48,094 nucleotides of DNA, taken from Acetobacteraceae bacterium. GTDB lineage: Bacteria; Pseudomonadota; Alphaproteobacteria; Acetobacterales; Acetobacteraceae. Shown one piece after another: positions 16,072 through 25,988 of this stretch. Below the pieces are notes generated by a model, which was not told where the DNA came from, ran no database searches, and saw nothing but the letters and a program-made list of their open reading frames with translations. Numbering within the stretch: position 1 is the stretch's first letter; every line of letters starts with the position of its first letter. The stretch lies in NCBI GenBank assembly GCA_049964515.1, contig JBMFXF010000001.1, positions 1 through 48,094 of the forward strand, given 5' to 3'. A program made the translations under genes and the position numbers.

Positions 16072-17400
16072 CTATTTCGGCAGATCGTCGTGGCGGGTCT
16101 CGCGGCCCATCGCCACGCCGATGACGGAGAGCAGCGCGAAGCAGGTCATTACCGCCGCCGCCTTGGCGAAATTGCCGCCGAACGGCGCCACCAGCAGCCC
16201 CGCCACCAGCGGGCCGAAGCTGGTCACCACCCGGCCGGAGCCGTTGCAGAACGCGACCGCCGTGCCGCGCATATGGGTGGGGAACAGCTCCGGCAGATAC
16301 ACCGCGTGGCCGGAGAACACCCCGAACACGCAGAAGCCGAACAGCGGCAGGACATAAGGGTAGGGTCCCCAGCTGTGGGCGCCGAGGTAGAGCCCGACCC
16401 CGAACACCACCGTGCCCAGGCTGTAGAGGATGATGGTCGGGCGCCGCCCCAGCGCGTCGGCCAGGAAGCCGAACGCCGAGTAGCCGAAGATGCCGCCGAC
16501 GCCGAACATTTCCATCCCCAGCGTGATGTAGGGCACCACCGCGCCGCCGGTGATTCCTTGCTTGTGCAGCATGATCGCCTGGATGGTGGGCAGCCAGATC
16601 TGGCTGGTCCAGATGGCGAGCAGGGTGCCGGTGGCGAAGATCAGGCCCACCAGGGTGTTGTAGCGGTTCTCGGCGTTGAACAGCTGCAACCAGGAGAAGC
16701 GCATGAACTCGTGGTCGGCGGCGCTGCGGTGCTGGGCGGCGGCCAGCGCCTCCCGCCGGGCGCGGACGGCGGCGAAATGTTCGGGCTCGACCATGCCGCG
16801 GCGGATCAGCAGCAGCAGCAGGGCGGGAAGGATGCCGGAGAAGAACACCGCCCGCCAGCCATACGGGGCGAGCAGGTGGTATTCCTGCGCCGCCAGCAGG
16901 TTGCCGAAGGCGGCGCCGGTCATCATCAGGCCCAGCACGCGGGCGCGGTGTTGTGCGGCGAAGGCTTCGGCGACCAGGGGAATGCCCACCACCAGCTCGG
17001 CCCCGGTGCCGAGGCCGCCGAGGAAGCGGAACAGCCCCAGCATCCACACCGAGGTGGCGAAGCCCTGCAGCGCGGTGAACACGCTGTACATGGCGATGCT
17101 GATCGCCAGGGTGCGCACGCGGCCGATATAATCGGCCACGGTGCCGAAGATGAAGCCGCCGAAGGCCCAGCCGAGCAGGCCGGCCATCGCCAGATAGCCG
17201 CCTACCCGGCCGATGACGGCGACCGAGGCGGTGCCGCCGACCAGGTCGGTCACCGCCGGTTTCAATACGAAAGCAAACAGGGTGAAATTGGTTCCGTCGA
17301 GCGTCCAGCCCAGCCAGCAGGCCATGAACACCAGCCATTGATAGCGCGAAAAGCCCCGGATCCAGTTGAGGCTTCCGCCGGCCACCTGATCTTGTTGCAT
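16072..17400 (-). CDS. MFS transporter
   Basis: ATG at 17400 (complement) is preceded by GGGAGGGGAC. 442 aa with 12 hydrophobic segments. The longer ORF to 17520 adds an implausible Arg/Ala leader. Confidence 0.85.
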   Translation of the reverse strand: MQQDQVAGGSLNWIRGFSRYQWLVFMACWLGWTLDGTNFTLFAFVLKPAVTDLVGGTASVAVIGRVGGYLAMAGLLGWAFGGFIFGTVADYIGRVRTLAISIAMYSVFTALQGFATSVWMLGLFRFLGGLGTGAELVVGIPLVAEAFAAQHRARVLGLMMTGAAFGNLLAAQEYHLLAPYGWRAVFFSGILPALLLLLIRRGMVEPEHFAAVRARREALAAAQHRSAADHEFMRFSWLQLFNAENRYNTLVGLIFATGTLLAIWTSQIWLPTIQAIMLHKQGITGGAVVPYITLGMEMFGVGGIFGYSAFGFLADALGRRPTIILYSLGTVVFGVGLYLGAHSWGPYPYVLPLFGFCVFGVFSGHAVYLPELFPTHMRGTAVAFCNGSGRVVTSFGPLVAGLLVAPFGGNFAKAAAVMTCFALLSVIGVAMGRETRHDDLPK

Positions 17401-17566
17401 GTCCCCTCCCAGGGATCGGAAAGTTGTTGCGTCTGTTGCGTAGCGGGGTTTTCCGCCGGATGCGCCCGCTCTCGGGCGCTGCCGGGCGAGCATGGCCGAC
17501 GCCGCGGCGGGACGCAACAACCGCGTTGCTCTGGACCTGCCGCGCAGGCCGATGCTAGTGTCCTGC

Positions 17567-17603
17567 CCCTGACATTCGCTGCCCTTCGCAGCGAATGTCA
17601 GGG
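17567..17603. repeat. Perfect inverted repeat 1 (16-bp stem, 5-nt loop)
   Basis: ccctgacattcgctgc-ccttc-gcagcgaatgtcaggg, in the 320-bp divergent intergenic region between the MFS gene and dapB. Confidence 0.85.
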
Positions 17604-17629
17604 ATCAGCAGGCCACTGAAAACAAAGGG

Positions 17630-17687
17630 CTGGTGTGCCGATCCTGACCAATGCCGACGGCAACATACGTCAGGATCGGCACACCAG
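17630..17687. repeat. Perfect inverted repeat 2 (19-bp stem, 20-nt loop)
   Basis: ctggtgtgccgatcctgac-N20-gtcaggatcggcacaccag. It ends 34 nt upstream of the dapB ATG. No U-tract follows. Confidence 0.85.
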
Positions 17688-17720
17688 CGTGATGGCGCAT
17701 CAATCGGGCGGAGAAGCGGC

Positions 17721-18512
17721 ATGGCGGAGTCCGAAAAACCGGCGCTGCGCATCGGCATCGCCGGCATCACCGGGCGGATGGGCCGGCTGCTGGCCGAGGA
17801 GATTCCCGCCGCCGGCGCGGTGGTTGCCGGCGGCACCAGCCGCGACCCGGCCGCCCCACCGCCGGCCGGTGCGACCCGCTTCGCCGACATCGCCGCGCTG
17901 GCCGCGGCCAGCGACGTGGTGGTGGATTTCACCCATGCCGCCGCCGTCGTCCCGCACGCCGCCGCGCTGGCCGCCGCCGGCGCGGCCTGGGTGCTGGGCA
18001 CCTCCGGGCTGTCGGCGGCGGACGAGGCCGCGGTGGACCGCGCCGCCACGGTCATTCCGGTGGTGTATGCGGCCAATTTCTCGCCCGGGGTGAGCCTGGT
18101 GCTGGCGCTGGCGGAACGGATGGGCGCGGCGCTGCCGGCGGATCAATACGATGCCGAAATCGTCGAGATGCACCATCGCCAGAAGGTGGATGCGCCGTCC
18201 GGCACGGCGATCGGCATCGGCCGGGCGGTCGCCGCCGGGCGCGGGGTGCGGCTCGAGGACGTGACGGAGAGCGGCCGGCATGGGCATATCGGGCCGCGGC
18301 GCACCGGGGCGATCGGCTTCGCCGCCCTGCGCGGCGGGCAGGTGGTGGGCGAGCACACGCTGTTGTTCGCCGCCGCCACCGAGCAGATCGCGCTGACCCA
18401 CCGCGCCTTCGACCGCCGCGCCTTCGCCTCCGGCGCGGTGCGGGCGGCGCTGTGGGCGGCCGGGCGGAAGCCGGGGCGCTACGACATGGCCGACGTGCTG
18501 GGCATGCGCTGA
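17721..18512 (+). CDS. dapB: 4-hydroxy-tetrahydrodipicolinate reductase
   Basis: 263 aa from ATG 17721. N-terminal Rossmann motif IGIAGITGRMG, EMHHRQKVDAPSGTA and FAALRGGQVVGEHTLLF are diagnostic DapB motifs. Confidence 0.9.
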   Translation: MAESEKPALRIGIAGITGRMGRLLAEEIPAAGAVVAGGTSRDPAAPPPAGATRFADIAALAAASDVVVDFTHAAAVVPHAAALAAAGAAWVLGTSGLSAADEAAVDRAATVIPVVYAANFSPGVSLVLALAERMGAALPADQYDAEIVEMHHRQKVDAPSGTAIGIGRAVAAGRGVRLEDVTESGRHGHIGPRRTGAIGFAALRGGQVVGEHTLLFAAATEQIALTHRAFDRRAFASGAVRAALWAAGRKPGRYDMADVLGMR

Positions 18513-18586
18513 GCGCGCCCCCCTGGCGTGCCGGGGGGAAACCCCGCTATCACGGTGGCATCGTTTTCCAGGGCGGAGTGCAGGCA

Positions 18587-18907
18587 ATGGCGGAGAGCTG
18601 GGTGACGGTCGCGCAGGCGGCCGACATCGCCGAGGGCGGGGTGAAGGCGGTGCGGGTGGGCGATCGCGAGATCGCACTTTACCACCTGCCGGGCGGCGAG
18701 TTCCGCGCCACCGACAATATCTGCACCCATGAATACGCCCAGCTGTCGGACGGCTGGCTGGAGAACGGCGAGATCGAGTGTCCCCTGCACGCGGCGCGGT
18801 TCGACATCCGCTCCGGCAAGGCGCTGTGCGCGCCGGCCGAGGCGGACCTGACCGTGTTCGAGGTGAGGCGGGAGGGGGACGCGCTGCTGGTGTTGCTGCC
18901 GGGGTAG
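18587..18907 (+). CDS. Rieske [2Fe-2S] ferredoxin-type protein
   Basis: 106 aa. Rieske ligand motifs CTHEYAQL ... CPLHAARF. Confidence 0.85.
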   Translation: MAESWVTVAQAADIAEGGVKAVRVGDREIALYHLPGGEFRATDNICTHEYAQLSDGWLENGEIECPLHAARFDIRSGKALCAPAEADLTVFEVRREGDALLVLLPG

Positions 18908-18911
18908 CCGC

Positions 18912-19361
18912 TCAGGGCGCGAATTCGGTGGCGAATTCGGCGTTGATCGCGGCGAACCGGGCGGGGTCGAAGCCGGTGGTCCGCTCCATCGCGTCCATCG
19001 CCTCGAAATAGCGGGAGTTCTCCCCCGGGATGGTCCATTCCAGCATCCGGCCGGGGGTGGCGCCGGTGTTGGTGAAGCCGTGCATGGTGCCGCGCGGGAC
19101 AAAGGCCAGGGTGCCGGGGCCGATGTCCGATTCCCGATCGCCGACGGTCAGGTGGTAGGAGCCGTCGAGGACGAAGAAATACTCGTCGCGGTCGAGGTGC
19201 CGGTGCAGCGGCGGCCCCTGGCCGGGGTCGAGCGTGGCGATGACGGCGGAGAAGCTGCCGCCGGTCGCCTCCGCTCCCAGCATCACCCGCATGTCGATCC
19301 CGAACGGGCGGATATGCGGGGCGGCGTCGGCGGCGACGACGCGCGGGGCGGGCGATTCCAT
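18912..19361 (-). CDS. Cupin-domain protein
   Basis: 149 aa. Cupin motifs PPLHRHLDRDEYFFVLDG and GTLAFVPRGTMHGF. Confidence 0.8.
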   Translation of the reverse strand: MESPAPRVVAADAAPHIRPFGIDMRVMLGAEATGGSFSAVIATLDPGQGPPLHRHLDRDEYFFVLDGSYHLTVGDRESDIGPGTLAFVPRGTMHGFTNTGATPGRMLEWTIPGENSRYFEAMDAMERTTGFDPARFAAINAEFATEFAP

Positions 19362-19405
19362 GGTACGTCTCCCTGTGATGGCGGCGCGGTGATGGCGGCG
19401 CGGGG

Positions 19406-20116
19406 TCAGTAGCGCCGGAAGAGCATCGCCAGCCGGCCCTGGATCTTCACCCGCTCAGCCGGGAAGATCCGCGTCTCGTGCTTCGGGTTGGCGGGCTCCA
19501 GCGCGATCGAATTGCCACGCCGGCGCAGGCGCTTCAAGGTCACCTCCGCATCGTCGATCAGGGCCACCACGATCTGCCCGTTCTCGGCGGTATCCTCCCG
19601 CCGGATGACGACGGTGTCGCCGTCGAGGATGCCGGCCTCGATCATCGAATCGCCGGCGACCTCGAGCGCGTAATGCTCTCCGGCGGCGAGCTGGGTGGTG
19701 GGAACGTCGATGTAGGTGGCCGGGTCGCGCAGCGCCTCGATCGGCAGGCCGGCGGCGATGCGGCCGTAGAGCGGGATCTGCATCGCCGCGGCGTGGAGGG
19801 CGGGGCGCGCGCCGGCCAGGCGGGGCGAGAAATCGCCACGGATGACGGTGGGGGCGAAGCCCCGGTCGGCCACCGCCTCCGCCCCCGGCTGCGCCACTTG
19901 GTCGTCCGGCAGGCGCAGCACGTCGAGCGCGCGGGCGCGGTGGCGGTAGCGGCGGATGAACCCCCGCTCCTCCAACGAGAGGACCAGGCGGTGGATGCCG
20001 GATTTGGAGCGCAGGCCGACACCGTCGCGCATCTCCTCGAACGAGGGGGCGACGCCGGTTTCGTGCAGGCGGCGATCGATGAAGAGAAGCAGCTCGCGCT
20101 GCTTGCGGGTCAGCAT
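19406..20116 (-). CDS. lexA: LexA repressor (alphaproteobacterial type)
   Basis: [52 protein letters not shown]-terminal winged helix. C-terminal S24 peptidase ([13 protein letters not shown].., VTLKRL). ATG 20116 is preferred over 20128. Confidence 0.92.
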   Translation of the reverse strand: MLTRKQRELLLFIDRRLHETGVAPSFEEMRDGVGLRSKSGIHRLVLSLEERGFIRRYRHRARALDVLRLPDDQVAQPGAEAVADRGFAPTVIRGDFSPRLAGARPALHAAAMQIPLYGRIAAGLPIEALRDPATYIDVPTTQLAAGEHYALEVAGDSMIEAGILDGDTVVIRREDTAENGQIVVALIDDAEVTLKRLRRRGNSIALEPANPKHETRIFPAERVKIQGRLAMLFRRY

Positions 20117-20171
20117 GGGGCGGGGCACCTTTCGTCGGCGCGAGGGCCGGAACAGAGTGGCAACTGCTGCC

Positions 20172-20186
20172 GTTCTATATAGGTTC
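20172..20186. promoter_or_regulatory. SOS box, alphaproteobacterial direct-repeat type GTTC-N7-GTTC
   Basis: gttctatataggttc lies in the lexA-glpK divergent intergenic region, 56 nt upstream of the lexA start. It matches the GTTC-N7-GTTC / GAAC-N7-GAAC LexA operator described for Rhodobacter and Rhizobium. Confidence 0.7.
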
Positions 20187-20233
20187 GCGCCGCCGCGTCA
20201 AGCATTTCCGTTGCCGGAGAGAGAGAGACCCCC

Positions 20234-21733
20234 ATGCGCTCCGCCCTCGCCGCCCTGGACCAGGGCACCAGCTCCACCCGCTGCCTGATCTTTGCCCCCG
20301 ACGGGCGCGTGCTGGGCGCGGCGCAGCGCGAGCACCGCCAGATTTTCCCCGCGCCCGGCTGGGTGGAGCACGACCCGGAGGAGATCGCGACGAATGCCGA
20401 GGCGGTGATGGCCGAGGCGCTGGCGGCGGCGCGGCTGCGCGCGACCGATCTGGCGGCGCTCGGGATCGCCAACCAGCGCGAGACCACGCTGCTGTGGGAC
20501 CGCGCCACCGGCCGGCCGCTGCACAACGCGCTGGTCTGGCAGGACACGCGCACCGATGCGCTGGTGGCGGCCTATGCCGCGGATTTCGGGGTGGACCGGT
20601 TCCGCGCCGCCTCCGGGCTGCCGCTGGCGAGCTATTTCAGCGCCCTGAAGCTGCGCTGGCTGCTGGATTCCCTCCCCGGCGCGGCGGCCCGCGCGGCCGA
20701 GGGCGCGCTCGCGTTTGGCACCATCGACAGCTGGCTCGCCTGGCGGCTGACCGGGCAGCATGTGACGGATGTGACCAACGCCAGCCGCACCCTGCTGATG
20801 AATCTTGCGACGTTGCAGTGGGACCCGGCGCTGTTGGATGCGTTCGGGATTCCGGCCGCGGTGCTGCCGCGGATCGTGGCCTCCTCCGGGGTGATCGGGG
20901 AGGCGCGCGGGGCGCTGGCCGGGGTGAAGCTGGCGGGGCTGCTGGGCGATCAGCAGGCGGCGCTGGTAGGGCAGGGTTGTTTTGCCCCGGGGGAGGCGAA
21001 GGTGACCTACGGGACCGGCTGCTTCCTGCTGGTCCATTGCGGGGATCGGCCGGTGACCTCGCGGGCCGGGTTGATCGGGACGGTGGCGTATCGGTTCGGC
21101 GAGGCGCCGGCGGCCTATGCGCTGGAAGGCTCGGTCGCCGTCACCGGCGCGCTGGTGCAGTGGTTGCGCGACAATCTGCGCCTGATCGGCTCCAGCGCCG
21201 AGGTGGAGGCGCTGGCGGCGAGCGTGCCGGACAACGGGGGCGTGTATGTGGTGCCCGCGTTTTCCGGCCTGTTCGCGCCATGGTGGCGAGCGGATGCGCG
21301 CGGCGTGATCGCCGGCCTGACCCGCTTCGCCACCGCCGGGCATATCGCGCGGGCTTCGCTGGAGGCGACCGCGTTCCAGGTGATGGATGTGGTGGAAGCG
21401 ATGCGGCGCGACGGCGCGGCGCCGGTGTCGCTGCGCGTCGATGGCGGGATGGTGGCGAACGCGACGTTGATGCAGTTCCAGGCCGACATGCTGGACCTGC
21501 CGCTGGATCGCGCCGCCGGGGCGGAGGCGACGGCGTGGGGGGCGGCGGTGGCGGCCGGGCTGGCGGTGGGGGTATGGCCGGGGCTCGAGGCGGTGCGCGG
21601 GCTGGCGCGGACGGACCGGCGGTTCGCCCCGGCGATGGGGGCGGACCGGCGGGCGGCGCTGGCGCGTTCGTGGCGCAAGGCGGTGGAGCGGTCGTTCGGC
21701 TGGGCCGAGCCCGTCAACGACGATACGGCCTGA
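20234..21733 (+). CDS. glpK: Glycerol kinase
   Basis: 499 aa. [36 protein letters not shown] and [13 protein letters not shown] are classic GlpK/FGGY motifs. Confidence 0.95.
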   Translation: MRSALAALDQGTSSTRCLIFAPDGRVLGAAQREHRQIFPAPGWVEHDPEEIATNAEAVMAEALAAARLRATDLAALGIANQRETTLLWDRATGRPLHNALVWQDTRTDALVAAYAADFGVDRFRAASGLPLASYFSALKLRWLLDSLPGAAARAAEGALAFGTIDSWLAWRLTGQHVTDVTNASRTLLMNLATLQWDPALLDAFGIPAAVLPRIVASSGVIGEARGALAGVKLAGLLGDQQAALVGQGCFAPGEAKVTYGTGCFLLVHCGDRPVTSRAGLIGTVAYRFGEAPAAYALEGSVAVTGALVQWLRDNLRLIGSSAEVEALAASVPDNGGVYVVPAFSGLFAPWWRADARGVIAGLTRFATAGHIARASLEATAFQVMDVVEAMRRDGAAPVSLRVDGGMVANATLMQFQADMLDLPLDRAAGAEATAWGAAVAAGLAVGVWPGLEAVRGLARTDRRFAPAMGADRRAALARSWRKAVERSFGWAEPVNDDTA

Positions 21734-24700
21734 GCCCCACCAGGATCAGCACGAACCCGGCGAGCAGGATCCCGTCGGCCGGTTCCGGCGTCGGCACGCT
21801 GTCGGCGATCAGCTGGCCGCCACTTGCCAGGTTGTAGGTCAGGCCGCCGAGATAGAGGTTGGTCGCGAACAGCGGGTCGTAATAGATGTTGTAGCCGTTG
21901 CCAGTGATGTTGGTGATGCTGTCGCCCAAGATCGCCGCCCCGGTGAGGATGTCGGTGTAGAACGCGACGTTGGCCGCGCTCACGCCGTCGCTGAGGCTGA
22001 GGCTCTGGCCGCTGTCGATGGCGAGCGTGTTCCAGGCGAAATTGTTCGCATACCCTGCGGCCCCGGTGCCGAGATCGGCGCCCGCCAGCGCCAGGGTGTG
22101 CAGGGCCGAGGCGCCGCCGGGGGCGAATTCCAGGGTCGCGCCGGTGGTGTTCCAGGCGGTGTTCTGCGTGCTTTGGTTGAGGAACCCGCCTTCGACCACG
22201 TAGCGATCGCCGGCGGCGGCCTGGACCACGGCGGTGCTGGATTCCACCAGATCGCCGGAGAAGGTCTGGGCAGACGGGTCGGAGATGACGGTGCCGTTGT
22301 TGGTGAAGGTGCCGGCGTAGCTGGCGGTGCCGACATGGGTGGTGATGGTGCCGTTGTTGGTCACCGCGCCGTTGAACACCGCCGCCGCGTGATCGACGGT
22401 GATGGTGGCGCCCTGGTTGTTCACCACGCTGCCGTTGAAGGTGCCGGTGCCGCCGGCGATCAGGACGGTGCGGTTGTTGGCCAGCGCGGAGGCGGTGAAG
22501 ACGCCATAGCCGGAGATGGTGCCGTTGTTGGCGATCGCCTGGCCCGAGGCGTCATCGAAATTGCCGCCGGCGAGGCTGATGGTGGCCTCATCGCTGAACG
22601 CCCCGGTCAGCAGCAGCTGCCCGCCGGCGCCGGCGATGAGGGTGGTCTGCTTGGTCGTGGTGACCGGGCCGCCCAGGGTCAGCGTGCCGCCCAGCGCCTG
22701 GATGGTACCGCCCGTGTCGCCGATCGAATTGTTGATGCGCCCGACCCCCTCGATGGTGCCGGTGTTGTCGATGACGCTGCCGGTCAGCAGGGCGCTGGTG
22801 GCGGTGGCCTGGATCACGCCGGCGTTGATGACCGCCCCGGAGAGGGGGGTCAGGCTGGTCAGCCCGGAATCGACGGTGAGCGTGCCCTCGTTTCGGAACT
22901 GTGCGGTGGCGATGCGGCCGGTGCCGCCGATCAGCCCGCTGGTGTTGTCCAGAATCCCGCCGCCCGACAAGGTGCCGCCGTCGAGCTTGATGAGCCCGTC
23001 ATTGGCCAGCGTGCTGCCGGTGGCGATCTGGAACGGGGCGGTGGTGCCGGGGGCGAGGTCGATCTCGCCGGTGTTGTCGTTGGCGCCGGTGGCGGACAGG
23101 GTGAAGCTGCCGCCCGACTGGGTGAACAGGTTGGTGTTGAGGAAGGCCCCGGCCCCGGCGATGCCGCCGTTGCCGGAAAGCGTGCTGTTGTTGGTGAACC
23201 CGGCGGAGGTGGAGACGATGCCGCCGTTCAGGGTGAACTGCCCGGCATTGGTGACCTGGGTGGCCGTCATGCTGCCGGCGACGGTGGCGGCGGCGTTGTT
23301 GGTGAGGGCGCCGGCAGCCCCGCCGGTCGTTTCCGCGAACAGGCCGTTGTTGACGACCCCGCCCACCACGCTCCCGCCCGAGAGGAAGAAGGTGCTAGCG
23401 GACGAGACCGCCACGTTCCCGGTCAGGGTTCCGCCTTGCAGGGAATAGGTGCCGAGCGAGCCCGGGGCGAGGCCGAGCGCGAGCGTGCCCTGACTGACAG
23501 TGCTGCCGTTCGACAGCAGCACCGGTGGCCCCCCTGCCCCGGTCAGGGTGTTGGTGCCCCCGGTCTGGGTGACGTTGGCGGTCCCGGCCAGCCCGACCAC
23601 CTCGGCCGCGAAGCTCATGCTGCCGCCGCTCAGCGTGTAGGTACCGCTGTTGCCGGCGGCGGCGCCGAGCTCGAGGGCGCCGATGCCGGCGCCGTTGGTG
23701 CCGGCGGTCTGCGTCACGATGTAGCTGGAATGGGTCTGCCCGGCGCTGTCCAGCACCTCGTTGCCGCTCGCGGACAGCGTGCCGGAGAGGTTCATCTGGC
23801 CGAAATCCAGCGTGCCGCCGCCCAGCAGCATCGAGCCGGTGGTGGCGATATCCATGGTGCCGGCGTGCAAGGTTCCGCCGCTGAGCAGATAGCCCGCCTC
23901 CGTTCCGGAGGACGCGACGGTGAGGGTGGTGGCGCTGTTGGTGCCGCCCGATTGGGTGAAACTGTTGGTGCCGGCGGCGATGGTTTCGGCCTGCGCCGAG
24001 AGCGTGCCGGCTTGCAGCGAATACACTCCTTGCTGGCCGGAATTGGTGTCGCTGGCCACATAGAGGGTTCCCGCGGCGACGGTGTTGCTGCCGCCGGTCT
24101 GGAGGGTGGTGACCACCGACGCGGCCCCGATCCCGGTCAGTTGCTCGTCGCCGGTGGCGGTGACCGTGCCGGCGATGGTCAGCAGGTTGGTGAACAGCGA
24201 GCCGCCGTTGAAGGCGAAGCTGCCGTTGGCATTCACGGTCACATGACCGGTCGCGGTCAGGGATCCGCCCAACAGCGTGTAGCTGCCGCCGCCGCTGCCC
24301 TGGGCGATGGCCAGCGTGCCGGTGGTGTTGGTTCCGGCTTGCTGAACGAAGCTCCCCTGGCCGTTGTTGCCCACCACTTCGGCACCGGCGGTGAGTTGGG
24401 CGGTGAGGCCGTTCAGATCGTAGGTCCCGCTGCTGGTGGCGGCATCCCCCAGCATCAGGGTTCCCGCGGCCAGCGTGCTGCCGTCCGACAGCGTGACGTT
24501 GCTCGCGCCGTTGGGCGCGATGGTGTTGGTCCCGGAGGTTTGGTCGAGGGTACCGGTCCCGGCCAGCCCGACCACCTCGGCCCCGGCGCTCAGCTGCGAC
24601 GAAATCTCGAGGTTATAGAAGCCTGTATTGCCGACGAAGCTTCCGCTCGTCCCGGTGGTCCCGCTGGCCCCGATCTCGAGCGCGCCGCTGACCGAGTTCG

Positions 24701-25799
24701 AGCCACCTTTCTGATTCACGCGGTAGCTGGTGTTGGCCGCGCCGGCCTGGTCCAGCACCTCGTTGCCGGAGGCGCTGAGGGTGCCGAAGCTGCCCAGAGT
24801 GCCGAAATCCACCGCCCCGCCGTTGAACTCCAGCGTGCCGGAGCTGGCCACCGAGATACTCGGCGCGGTCAGGGTTCCTTGCGAGAGCGTATAGCTTGCC
24901 ACCCCGCCGCCGCTGATCCCCGGCGCGGCCTGATATCCCGCCGAGCCGATGGTGAGCGTCCCGCCGGACTGGACGGTGTTGGTGCCGCCGCCCTGGACGA
25001 ACTGCGCGTTGCCGCCCGACCCCAGCGACTCGCTGGCGGCCGACAGAGTCCCGCCGTTCAGCGTGTAGGTATCCAGGTTCGGCGTATAGGCGGTGACCAC
25101 GCCGTTGGTGATGGTGGTGGTACCCGACACGCCGAGCTCGAAGCTGCCGGTCACCGTGTTGCTGCCGGCGGATTGGGTGATCGAGCGGGTGGTGTTGGTG
25201 GGGTTGGCCCCATCCAGGATTTCGGCGCCCGAAGCGGTCACCGAGCCGCCCAGGTTGATCTGCATCTGGGAAAAATCGGCCGTGCCGCCGTTGAACTGGA
25301 ACAGCCCCTGGTCCCCCGCGGTGCCGTCGCCGACGGAAATGGTGTTCGCGATCAGCGTGCCGCCGCCCAGGGTATAGGTGCCCTGGCCGTGAAGCAGCCC
25401 GTTGGCCGCGGTCTGGCCGAGCAGAGAGAGCGTCTTGACCGTGTTCGTCCCGTTGAGCTGATCGAACGTGCCGATACCGTTCCCTAACCCCAGCTGCTCG
25501 GTTCCGGCCACAACACTCCCGCCCGAGAGTTCATAGGTGCCCGCGCCGACAAAATAGGGAAAGACGGGATTACCGAGCCCGATTTCCAGCGAAGCGGTAT
25601 CGTTTTGCGCCTGCGACTGCGACAGGGTGCCGCCGCCGCTCCCGATACTTTCCGCCGTGGCCGAGACTCCGGTCGAGGGAACCGTATAATTGGACCCCTC
25701 GTTGACGCCGTTGATGACCACCTGCGCCCGCGCCGGACCCGTCATCGCGATCCCCAGCCCCAGCAGCGCCGCGATCCCCCACCCCCACCGCCGCTTCAT
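21714..25799 (-). CDS. Large secreted beta-helical repeat protein (autotransporter-associated beta-strand repeat-like) with C-terminal PEP-CTERM sorting signal
   Basis: 1361 aa. Signal peptide [25 protein letters not shown]|Q. Dozens of G/T/S/N-rich repeats of the form GGTLTxxG..TxxGG. The C-terminus [27 protein letters not shown] is PEP plus a TM helix plus a basic tail. No beta-barrel translocator domain seen. Confidence 0.85.
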   Translation of the reverse strand: MKRRWGWGIAALLGLGIAMTGPARAQVVINGVNEGSNYTVPSTGVSATAESIGSGGGTLSQSQAQNDTASLEIGLGNPVFPYFVGAGTYELSGGSVVAGTEQLGLGNGIGTFDQLNGTNTVKTLSLLGQTAANGLLHGQGTYTLGGGTLIANTISVGDGTAGDQGLFQFNGGTADFSQMQINLGGSVTASGAEILDGANPTNTTRSITQSAGSNTVTGSFELGVSGTTTITNGVVTAYTPNLDTYTLNGGTLSAASESLGSGGNAQFVQGGGTNTVQSGGTLTIGSAGYQAAPGISGGGVASYTLSQGTLTAPSISVASSGTLEFNGGAVDFGTLGSFGTLSASGNEVLDQAGAANTSYRVNQKGGSNSVSGALEIGASGTTGTSGSFVGNTGFYNLEISSQLSAGAEVVGLAGTGTLDQTSGTNTIAPNGASNVTLSDGSTLAAGTLMLGDAATSSGTYDLNGLTAQLTAGAEVVGNNGQGSFVQQAGTNTTGTLAIAQGSGGGSYTLLGGSLTATGHVTVNANGSFAFNGGSLFTNLLTIAGTVTATGDEQLTGIGAASVVTTLQTGGSNTVAAGTLYVASDTNSGQQGVYSLQAGTLSAQAETIAAGTNSFTQSGGTNSATTLTVASSGTEAGYLLSGGTLHAGTMDIATTGSMLLGGGTLDFGQMNLSGTLSASGNEVLDSAGQTHSSYIVTQTAGTNGAGIGALELGAAAGNSGTYTLSGGSMSFAAEVVGLAGTANVTQTGGTNTLTGAGGPPVLLSNGSTVSQGTLALGLAPGSLGTYSLQGGTLTGNVAVSSASTFFLSGGSVVGGVVNNGLFAETTGGAAGALTNNAAATVAGSMTATQVTNAGQFTLNGGIVSTSAGFTNNSTLSGNGGIAGAGAFLNTNLFTQSGGSFTLSATGANDNTGEIDLAPGTTAPFQIATGSTLANDGLIKLDGGTLSGGGILDNTSGLIGGTGRIATAQFRNEGTLTVDSGLTSLTPLSGAVINAGVIQATATSALLTGSVIDNTGTIEGVGRINNSIGDTGGTIQALGGTLTLGGPVTTTKQTTLIAGAGGQLLLTGAFSDEATISLAGGNFDDASGQAIANNGTISGYGVFTASALANNRTVLIAGGTGTFNGSVVNNQGATITVDHAAAVFNGAVTNNGTITTHVGTASYAGTFTNNGTVISDPSAQTFSGDLVESSTAVVQAAAGDRYVVEGGFLNQSTQNTAWNTTGATLEFAPGGASALHTLALAGADLGTGAAGYANNFAWNTLAIDSGQSLSLSDGVSAANVAFYTDILTGAAILGDSITNITGNGYNIYYDPLFATNLYLGGLTYNLASGGQLIADSVPTPEPADGILLAGFVLILVGLRPYRR

Positions 25800-25988
25800 T
25801 TCCGATCTTCCCCGTCACGTGCCGACTGCCTAATACTTTAGAATACGTTTCGGCCGCGGTCCAGCGGAATCTTCGGTTGCGTACGCCCAAATTCCACAGC
25901 TTCCGGTTGTGCCCGCCCGCTCGCCCCGGGGCGCTTGATCGCCAGGGCGGGCCGGCGGATGATCGGGCAGAAACGCAAGAGATCGGCC

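Noticed and set aside
13517-17619. Several long overlapping ORFs: 13517..15124 (-), 14289..15641 (-), 15863..17338 (-) and 15973..17619 (+). The ORFs at 43284..45500 (+) and 46240..47823 (+) are similar.
   Set aside because: All are out-of-frame (15863..17338) or antisense to genes with recognisable motifs, and all show the Arg/Pro/Gly/His bias of non-coding frames in GC-rich DNA.
17595-17720. N-terminal extension of the dapB ORF running through the two palindromes.
   Set aside because: DapB homologues begin close to the Rossmann motif (here MAESEKPALRIGIAGITGRMG from ATG 17721). The upstream in-frame stretch is just the read-through of the inverted repeats.
20150-20164. Second SOS-box-like site, gaacagagtggcaac (GAAC-N7-CAAC), 8 nt from the perfect GTTC-N7-GTTC box.
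   Set aside because: One half-site is imperfect and its orientation is opposite to the perfect box. It may be a weak second operator, but the sequence alone does not support calling it.
22098-25487. 1129-aa plus-strand ORF opposite the PEP-CTERM repeat protein.
   Set aside because: It is Gly/Ala/Arg/Asp-rich nonsense generated by the antisense of G/T/S/N codon repeats. The minus-strand frame has a signal peptide, a coherent repeat structure and a PEP-CTERM end.
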